DNA from: a virus
Taxonomy: Duplodnaviria; Heunggongvirae; Uroviricota; Caudoviricetes
DNA: 64,000 bases
IMG/VR virus record: IMGVR_UViG_3300023707_000001
Reading direction: 5' to 3' (one strand)
The translations under genes were made by a program, and so were the position numbers. The notes below the pieces were generated by a model that searched no databases, was not told the origin of the DNA, and was given only the letters and a program-made list of their open reading frames with translations. Shown one piece after another: positions 57,297 to 64,000 of the stretch. How positions within the stretch are numbered: the stretch's first letter is position 1; the number at the start of each line of letters is the position of its first letter.

Positions 57297-58786
57297 AGAT
57301 GCCAACAACAGAATTATTGGACGGTTCGCTGGAACTTCAAAAAGACCTGTACAGCATTGTGGTTCCGGAAGAAAGCGTTATCAAAACCAGTGATTTCCGC
57401 AAAGAGTATGCGAAAATGATTGCGTCAGCTCCGTTCTTAGATGAGAAGCGGGCGGATGAGATTGCAGGCAGCAAGGAAGATGAGCCGATTTTTGCCATTA
57501 AAAAACTGCATGCGGAAGATCAACCAAAGCGCATGGACTTGGTACAGATGACTACGGATGTATCAATGGATTTAGCGACCGCTGATTATAAAATAATCGA
57601 TACGGCAAACAAATACACCATGCTGATAGCGGGGACAATCAATCGCATGAACGCAGTAAGAGAAAGGCTCATGCGTGATAAGGAACGACTGGAAGATATT
57701 AATTTTATAACATCTGCCTATAAAGGGCTTAGCAATGCGGCCATGATTACAGAAGATATGTGTTCCGGCTCCTATCTTTACCATGATGGTGTGTATGGTG
57801 CATTCTGTCCGTACGGCCCAGTGGAAACAAAACAAGAGATACAGATTCTGTCGGTAGAGGGAAATGGTTATGTAGGCAATGGCCATGTTTTGAGTGCCGG
57901 CGATGCATACCTGGAAGAAACGGATAATCGTGGGAAAATCGAGTACATCGCAGACAGCAGCCCGATGACCGTATTTGAATACTCCAGAATCTGCAGCAAT
58001 GACAAATCGCAGTACCAGTCCAACGATGACAGCGTATATGATGTAAACCAGGATGACAAGGATGTAACCTGCATTATCACGGCTATGAGCAAAGGAGAGG
58101 GCGGTATCAATATGCTCGATATTGATTCTCCAAACGATGATATAAAAATCAAAGACATCCTTATCTCTGGCAACAATATTAGTTACAGAAGCGTACTGCA
58201 GTCGGAAATCGACTTCCGCACGGATATGTACCACTCTGTAAATCAAATTGCAGGAAGCAAGAAGGTATGCTTCCCCACCACGCGGTATGTAAAAATCGTG
58301 CTGACATCCAGTCATTGTGAACCAGGCGAACAGCTCGGATACAGCGAAGTAGATGTTAGTGGCCAAAAGCCCGTCACGGTAATCCGCAGATTAAAAGGGG
58401 CTATCAGAAAAGTAATTCAGATAGGCAGCCTGAATGCGTATCGCTGTGAATACGAAAACGGGACAATCCTTACAAGTGACCTTGCTCCGGAGGGCGGCTG
58501 CAGGACAGTAGCCCTGTTTGCCAATGAGTACATCCCGTTTGGCATGGAAGACCCTGAAACAGCCATCACCTATGAGCTTCACATAAACGGTGAAAAACAC
58601 AACGTTGTTCCCATTAACGGCAACCGGCCGGGATATAAAATGATTTCCTGTACGGAAAGTCAGTTCGAGGACAGCAACGTAAAGTTCGTTGGTGAAAAAA
58701 TCAACACGGTGCAGGTTCGCATTAATATCCGAAGCGACGGCGACCTTACACCGCTAGTCGGAAATCTTAAACTTTGTATAGGGTAG
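57293..58786 (+). CDS. Hypothetical virion protein
   Basis: 497 aa, coupled overlap; N-terminal helix then beta-rich region. Confidence 0.55.
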   Translation: MKMPTTELLDGSLELQKDLYSIVVPEESVIKTSDFRKEYAKMIASAPFLDEKRADEIAGSKEDEPIFAIKKLHAEDQPKRMDLVQMTTDVSMDLATADYKIIDTANKYTMLIAGTINRMNAVRERLMRDKERLEDINFITSAYKGLSNAAMITEDMCSGSYLYHDGVYGAFCPYGPVETKQEIQILSVEGNGYVGNGHVLSAGDAYLEETDNRGKIEYIADSSPMTVFEYSRICSNDKSQYQSNDDSVYDVNQDDKDVTCIITAMSKGEGGINMLDIDSPNDDIKIKDILISGNNISYRSVLQSEIDFRTDMYHSVNQIAGSKKVCFPTTRYVKIVLTSSHCEPGEQLGYSEVDVSGQKPVTVIRRLKGAIRKVIQIGSLNAYRCEYENGTILTSDLAPEGGCRTVALFANEYIPFGMEDPETAITYELHINGEKHNVVPINGNRPGYKMISCTESQFEDSNVKFVGEKINTVQVRINIRSDGDLTPLVGNLKLCIG

Positions 58787-58790
58787 GACA

Positions 58791-59981
58791 ATGTATATAG
58801 AACGATTAAAGAAACTAAAAGAGCTTAAAGAGCTTACGGAACGTGCCCTGCTGCAGCAAGGTGAGTTTCCAGACAAAGCATATGTAAAGCAACTGCTTTC
58901 CAGCATGGATACGCGCTATGCAATCTTTGATTACGACAAGGTTGCGCCGGACACAAAATTCGACTTGGAGAAAATGGTCAATGACCTGCGCTGTATCGAA
59001 AAAGACCTGAAAATAATCTATGAAATCATAGACGAACTAACCAGAGAGCGTTATATCCGTCTGGAAGCGTTTGTTAATGGCTATCTATCATCACTGGAAG
59101 AAGTAGCGGACCGGGCCGACAAAAAGGCGATGGAGGAAATCGAAGCTACATCACTTGGCGCTTCCATGGTATATTTTACCAATAATATCATGTCAGCATA
59201 TATGGAAGATACCACGGCATATATTGACGTGGGAACTATTCACTGCAGTCCGCAAAGCAAACTTTGTGGTTCCATTATCGGTTCTGGATTCAATGTGGAA
59301 GATGTCGTATTCCAGGTTGTGGATAAAAAGTTTTCCCCATACTCGGTAAACCGGAGCACTATGAAAGTTGGCGGAGAATTACAGAAGAACACATACACTT
59401 ATGCAATTAATGACAACTATCCTGTTGGAAAAGCGTTTAAGCTCCCAAACTCTGCGATTGTTGCAAGTGAGAAAAACCTGTATGAGGTGTATGGCGGCCG
59501 CGGATATGTAAAGGGCGTTTCCAGTAAATATACAGGCCTTGTGTCGGCAAACGAATTGCAAAACAGCGTAGTAAACGAAACAACAACGTATTCCTTCTAC
59601 CTGAGCGATGCAACCAGAATTACGTTCGATTTTTCCATTGAGCCGACTTACAAAAACTTTGAAAACTACGACATGCAAAACCTGAAGCGCGGAAAGGTAT
59701 ATCACTTTGAGTTTACCATGCCAGCAGGAACCGCATTTTCGTGGGCGCATGACGGAACGGTATTTGCCACAAAAGAAAAAACGGCGGTCAGTGGAACAGA
59801 GCTATGCATCGTAGAGCATACACTGGCCAACGACTTTATTATCTATGAATATGCTCCCGGCGACAAAGTTGTGTATGACAATGTAAAGGTAATTATCCAT
59901 AATGTGAAGCAGGAAGTATTCCACATTGACTCCATTGCGATAAAGGAAATTTGTGAAACGGGGGTAGCTGTGTCGGTATGA
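58791..59981 (+). CDS. Hypothetical virion protein
   Basis: 396 aa, in operon. Confidence 0.55.
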   Translation: MYIERLKKLKELKELTERALLQQGEFPDKAYVKQLLSSMDTRYAIFDYDKVAPDTKFDLEKMVNDLRCIEKDLKIIYEIIDELTRERYIRLEAFVNGYLSSLEEVADRADKKAMEEIEATSLGASMVYFTNNIMSAYMEDTTAYIDVGTIHCSPQSKLCGSIIGSGFNVEDVVFQVVDKKFSPYSVNRSTMKVGGELQKNTYTYAINDNYPVGKAFKLPNSAIVASEKNLYEVYGGRGYVKGVSSKYTGLVSANELQNSVVNETTTYSFYLSDATRITFDFSIEPTYKNFENYDMQNLKRGKVYHFEFTMPAGTAFSWAHDGTVFATKEKTAVSGTELCIVEHTLANDFIIYEYAPGDKVVYDNVKVIIHNVKQEVFHIDSIAIKEICETGVAVSV

Positions 59982-60202
59982 TTTTGTATAATTTACGTTA
60001 CCGTGGCCCATATGAATATGAAAAGTTTATCCTCAACGTACTGCAGTATCATAATGAGATATTGCGTATGAAAAAAGAGCTCGGTGAACAAAATGATAAA
60101 AACATAGCGGAGCTCACTGCAAAGCTTGATAAAATCTGCAATAAATTTGATGAGCTGAGTGAGGAGCTGCTGGTGCTGCGAGAAAAGGCCACGGCGGTAT
60201 AA
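59978..60202 (+). CDS. Small coiled-coil protein
   Basis: ATGA overlap; RYRGPYEYEK followed by a heptad pattern. Confidence 0.55.
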   Translation: MILYNLRYRGPYEYEKFILNVLQYHNEILRMKKELGEQNDKNIAELTAKLDKICNKFDELSEELLVLREKATAV

Positions 60203-60223
60203 TGGATTAGCGAGGAAATAAAA

Positions 60224-61267
60224 TTGATTGATAAACCAACAACAAGCGAAGTCATGGATATTTTTAACGAAGCGTACGACGACGCCAAAAAGATTGGCCA
60301 GGACATCCGTGACACCAAAAAAGTATTGAGTGAGAAGCTGGAACTGCTTAGCGCACAGGTGGAGTATATGGCAGGCCAGGTGTCGCTGGCAGGCGAGCAA
60401 AAGGGTATCGTGGAGGAAAAAATCTTCTTGGCAGATGCCGATAAGGTAGGCCGTTATGACCAATTCGGTATGACCATCCATCCAAAATTCGTAAAAGACC
60501 CGAGAGACCTTTTCAATTTCAAATCGACAAAGGGCTATCTCTTTAAGGGAAATGTCGTCACAAAAATCAATGGGGAGGAAGACCTTGAGTATACGGAATG
60601 CTTAAAACAGGACACCGTCCCCAGTAAAAAGTATAAAATCAAAGAGTATGATGACAGCAACCTTGTTTTAACGATTCTCCCAAATCTCAAGGCTCCGCTC
60701 GGAAGTCTGCAGTTTAATATGCTGGAAATCATGCCGTATCTTCCCGGCTCGTTCAACATTGAGTCAATCAAGGTTTATTCCCGTGATAATCTTGAGGTGG
60801 AAACGCAGGCACTTGAGCACGGTATCATCCGTGTCGGCCCGCAGCGCATTATCTTTTCGGGCAAGACAGAGCTGGGAAAAATCGAGATAAGGGTACGCCT
60901 GCTTTATAAAAATGCAGCAGGGAAATACCCGTTCGGATTAAAGCATCTGTATGTGCAGGAAGCAGACTTTGAGGATAACTGCTACGTGTTTGTCCGAGCA
61001 GATAAACCCAAAGCGGTTTCCTATATCTACGACAATGTCGTAATCAAAAACCAGTATGGCGTGGATACAAACGCATCCAGTAAAGAGTACGGCATCCACT
61101 ACTACGCATTTTTTGACGGGGAAACGCCTGACCGCGAAATGGAAGTATCCAAGCCGGCCAGCTTGAATTACATTGCGACCAACACAAAAACCGTATTTAT
61201 CAGAATTCCTGTGGAAACATCCCTGATGGCCATAACGCCAAATATCTCCACGGAAACCATAAACTAA
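60224..61267 (+). CDS. Hypothetical virion protein
   Basis: TTG start with GAGG RBS; last gene before a terminator. Confidence 0.55.
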   Translation: MIDKPTTSEVMDIFNEAYDDAKKIGQDIRDTKKVLSEKLELLSAQVEYMAGQVSLAGEQKGIVEEKIFLADADKVGRYDQFGMTIHPKFVKDPRDLFNFKSTKGYLFKGNVVTKINGEEDLEYTECLKQDTVPSKKYKIKEYDDSNLVLTILPNLKAPLGSLQFNMLEIMPYLPGSFNIESIKVYSRDNLEVETQALEHGIIRVGPQRIIFSGKTELGKIEIRVRLLYKNAAGKYPFGLKHLYVQEADFEDNCYVFVRADKPKAVSYIYDNVVIKNQYGVDTNASSKEYGIHYYAFFDGETPDREMEVSKPASLNYIATNTKTVFIRIPVETSLMAITPNISTETIN

Positions 61268-61272
61268 GAACA

Positions 61273-61299
61273 GCGTCCGTTTTTCGGACGTTTTTCTTT
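61273..61299 (+). terminator. Rho-independent terminator ending the structural module
   Basis: GCGTCCG-ttttt-CGGACGT followed by TTTTCTTT. Confidence 0.75.
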
Positions 61300-61347
61300 C
61301 CTTCTTATCCGAAATCAGAAAATTCTCAAAAAATTTCCCCAAAGGTA

Positions 61348-61376
61348 TTGCATCTTCTTAATGAATATGTTAATAT
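61348..61376 (+). promoter_or_regulatory. Probable sigma70-type promoter of the replication module
   Basis: TTGCAT, 17-bp spacer, TAATAT preceded by an extended -10 TG. Confidence 0.5.
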
Positions 61377-61416
61377 GTAATTAAGAAAAGGTAAGTAAGA
61401 ATAGGAGAAAAAGGCT

Positions 61417-62082
61417 ATGGAAATTACAGATGCAGAGTTTTTCTTTAAAAACTACGTGGGGTATCACCCAGAAGAAGAATGGATGTACGAAAGCACAAAA
61501 GGCATGATTGAGCATTATGTGGAGTCCGGACTGAAAGACAGGCTGCTTGATATCTATGAAGCCTGTGCGGAAGACGGGGTGCTCACTGCTGACAATATCC
61601 CGCACCATTTATGGCAGGATGGGAATATACTGATTCCTGGACAGTTTTATCTACACCCGGAACTTACGCTTATGCAGCGGGCGCCAGAAATAAATATTTT
61701 TACAGGCGAGGCTGTAGTAAAGGAACATTACAGGGAAATAAAGGAACTGTACACCCTAAACGACGTCCTGATTTACGCCAGCAAGCTGCTCCGCCGGGAT
61801 ACGCTTCTGAAAGACGAGAACCAGGATATAGGTGCTGTAAAACACCTTCTGAAACGATACGCACGGCAGGAAGCCGAGCTTGGTATCATGGCCCTCGATA
61901 TGGTGATGTTTCTGATTCGCCACCACAAAGGCGAAAGGATAGAGCTTATCAATATTTCGCAGGGAGAAGATGAAGTAGCACTGCAGGTCAGGGCATATGC
62001 AGAAAAATTAAAGTCGATGAACAGACACAGAATAATATGGAGAGGAAATATTAAATGCTGTCAGAAGGATACATCGAAGTAG
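61417..62082 (+). CDS. Hypothetical protein, first gene of the replication operon
   Basis: AGGAG RBS; overlaps the primase start. Confidence 0.6.
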   Translation: MEITDAEFFFKNYVGYHPEEEWMYESTKGMIEHYVESGLKDRLLDIYEACAEDGVLTADNIPHHLWQDGNILIPGQFYLHPELTLMQRAPEINIFTGEAVVKEHYREIKELYTLNDVLIYASKLLRRDTLLKDENQDIGAVKHLLKRYARQEAELGIMALDMVMFLIRHHKGERIELINISQGEDEVALQVRAYAEKLKSMNRHRIIWRGNIKCCQKDTSK

Positions 62083-63116
62083 GCGGGAAGTGCGGCAACT
62101 ACTTCACGAGAAATATGGTCTACCCGCTTAGCGGGCGGCAACAGGCCTTTACGGACTTAAAAAAGAAAACGGGCGGCAGGGATATGTATTACTGCACCTA
62201 TGTATTTGACAATAAAGAGCGAAAAGAAGGTACACGGTACTTTTCTCCCCTCTATTTCGATATTGATGGGGACATCCAGACGGATGATGGTTTTGAGCGT
62301 GTAAGACTGGCAACGCTGTCACTGGCAACGATTCTGAATCTGGAATTGCGCTTAAAGGTAAATGAAATGAAGTTCTACTTTTCAGGAGGAAAAGGATTTC
62401 ATGTTTTTATCGACCCGCGGGTGCTCGGTGTAAAGCCGACATCAAAACTCCCCATGCTCTATAAGTCCTTTATCAGCTATATCAGCACAAAGATTGAAAA
62501 CAGTGCCCTGCTTGATACAAGGATTTATGACAATCGCCGCCTGATTCGCTTTCCCAATACGGTAAACGATAAGACGGGATTGTATAAGATTCCAGTAACA
62601 TATAATCAGCTTAGAACCTTAACGAGGGCGCAGATTCTGGAACTTGCCAAAACGCCGCAACAGGAATATGTAACGTCAGCAGCACTTAATCCCGAAGCAA
62701 GCAGCCGTTTTGTTGACAAGCTCCGTGAAATCATACAGAGTGTGCCGCAGAAAACAACAGGGAATATCCATATCCCAAGCAGCGTACAGAAGCTTCCGTT
62801 ATGTGTAAAGTATCTGCTTACAACAGCGGTAAATAAAGGCGGGCGCAATAATACACTGGCGCTTATAGCTTCCCTTTTGGTCCAGAATGGTTACGTGGGA
62901 GATGTGGCCATAGGAATCTTACAGAAGTGGAATCTGAACAATGAAGAACCTCTGACAGACCATGAGCTTATCACGACATACAACAGCGCCGAGAGAATGG
63001 CAAAAGCTGGCCGTGGATACGGATGTTCTTCAATTAGACAACAAGGGGTTTTTGCACCTCGGGAGGTTTGCCCGAAATGCAAAATTTTCATTAGTAAACA
63101 AAAGCAAGGGGCTTGA
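62055..63116 (+). CDS. Archaeo-eukaryotic primase (AEP/Prim-Pol) with PriCT-like domain
   Basis: LYFDID, FSGGKGFHV, RLIRFPNTVNDKTG; PriCT-like GGRNN..WN...PL...EL...NSA; C-terminal YGC..CPKC. Confidence 0.85.
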   Translation: MLSEGYIEVGGKCGNYFTRNMVYPLSGRQQAFTDLKKKTGGRDMYYCTYVFDNKERKEGTRYFSPLYFDIDGDIQTDDGFERVRLATLSLATILNLELRLKVNEMKFYFSGGKGFHVFIDPRVLGVKPTSKLPMLYKSFISYISTKIENSALLDTRIYDNRRLIRFPNTVNDKTGLYKIPVTYNQLRTLTRAQILELAKTPQQEYVTSAALNPEASSRFVDKLREIIQSVPQKTTGNIHIPSSVQKLPLCVKYLLTTAVNKGGRNNTLALIASLLVQNGYVGDVAIGILQKWNLNNEEPLTDHELITTYNSAERMAKAGRGYGCSSIRQQGVFAPREVCPKCKIFISKQKQGA

Positions 63117-63121
63117 TAGGG

Positions 63122-64000
63122 ATGGCAGAAGAAAACGTAACAGAAGTAAAAGAGCAGGAGGCTGACCTGGGTTTCTTGGATAACGCTTTCGTGGAAGAAC
63201 TCAATGTCCATGATGCGCAGGAAATCGGAACCGTTGATAAATACGCAGTGCAGCCAATCGATGTATTTGAGGCATCCAGACAGTACATCGAAGATTTTGA
63301 TAATACATGTCAGAATGAGGGAACAGGCTATGAGGCGCCAAACTTCCCGATTTGGTCGCAAAAAATGGAAGGGCTTATGAACGGCTTTTACATCTTTGCG
63401 GGATACTCAAACAGTGGTAAGTCTGCAACTTGTATGAATATAGCAATGGACTACGCCTTAAACGAAGACAATCACCTGTATCTTATCTATTATTCCTTGG
63501 ACGACACGAAAGAAGACATCTACTCCCGCATTATTGCTATGCGGTCGCGCATTCCTATTTCTATTGTCCGGAAGCCGAAGCGTTACGAAAAGATGATTGA
63601 AGAAGGCGTGGAAGATTCCGCTCACTACAGAGAAATGCTGGAACTGCGCAAGGAAGCTGTGAAAAACATCATGGACTATTCCCATAAGTTCATGGTTAAG
63701 GATAGCGAAGATATTGACTGCATTGAAAAACTGCTCAACCATGCAAAGATGGTAAAGAGCTATCTGCAGACCCGCGATCCGCAGGCAAACGTAATCATTG
63801 TAATTGACTCCCTTATGGATATCAATATCGATTCCAAGAACTACAGGGAAGAAAAAGACCGCAATACGGCAATTTCTCAGCTTGTCAAACACTATGCAAC
63901 GACGGAGATTAAGTGCCCTATCTTTGGTACGGCTCACGTTCGCAAAAACTCCGGCCGTCGTATTACCATCAGCGACCTGAAAGAATCCGGCCGCTACGAA
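63122..64000 (+). CDS. dnaB: DnaB-like replicative helicase, 3'-truncated (absent from the ORF track because it has no stop in the window)
   Basis: Open from ATG 63122 to the window end; Walker A AGYSNSGKS, YYSLDD, Walker B VIIVIDSL, SDLKESG. Confidence 0.85.
   Translation, partial: MAEENVTEVKEQEADLGFLDNAFVEELNVHDAQEIGTVDKYAVQPIDVFEASRQYIEDFDNTCQNEGTGYEAPNFPIWSQKMEGLMNGFYIFAGYSNSGKSATCMNIAMDYALNEDNHLYLIYYSLDDTKEDIYSRIIAMRSRIPISIVRKPKRYEKMIEEGVEDSAHYREMLELRKEAVKNIMDYSHKFMVKDSEDIDCIEKLLNHAKMVKSYLQTRDPQANVIIVIDSLMDINIDSKNYREEKDRNTAISQLVKHYATTEIKCPIFGTAHVRKNSGRRITISDLKESGRYE

Noticed and set aside
1-64000. Stop-codon reassignment as seen in some gut phages
   Set aside because: Genes are long and intact in code 11, and TAG, TGA and TAA are all used as stops (e.g. 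TAG at 19410, 47853, 58786).

Overview
All credible genes are on the + strand. The window looks like part of a large contractile-tailed (jumbo-like) phage genome, probably of a Bacillota host (inferred from Firmicutes-type RBSs, sigma-A-type promoters and an NlpC/P60 tail hydrolase). Layout: (1) <1-7707, a 5'-truncated >2560-aa protein with the beta-like and beta'-like motifs of a two-barrel RNA polymerase in the correct order, sitting where a tape-measure gene normally lies; (2) 7770-19953, baseplate hub module, including a 2907-aa hub with an N-terminal staphylococcal-nuclease domain, a spike OB-fold, an NlpC/P60 hydrolase and a gp25-like protein; (3) 20012-25567, an inserted NAD+ salvage operon (nrtR, pncA, HxGH adenylyltransferase, pncB, nadE) with its own sigma70 promoter, two NrtR-type operators and a terminator, interrupted by a non-autonomous IscB/omegaRNA element; (4) 25643-61267, baseplate J, wedge, tail-fibre and other putative virion genes, with three radical-SAM genes and a CxCxxR-repeat Cys-rich protein embedded at 43870-47853; (5) 61348-64000, start of a replication module (AEP primase, DnaB-like helicase). 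Best candidates for undescribed biology: the ADP-ribose-responsive four-step NAD+ reconstitution operon, the triple radical-SAM/CxCxxR system in the tail-fibre cluster, and the putative tape-measure-linked virion RNA polymerase with a candidate cognate promoter. All calls come from motif recognition by eye; no searches were run.
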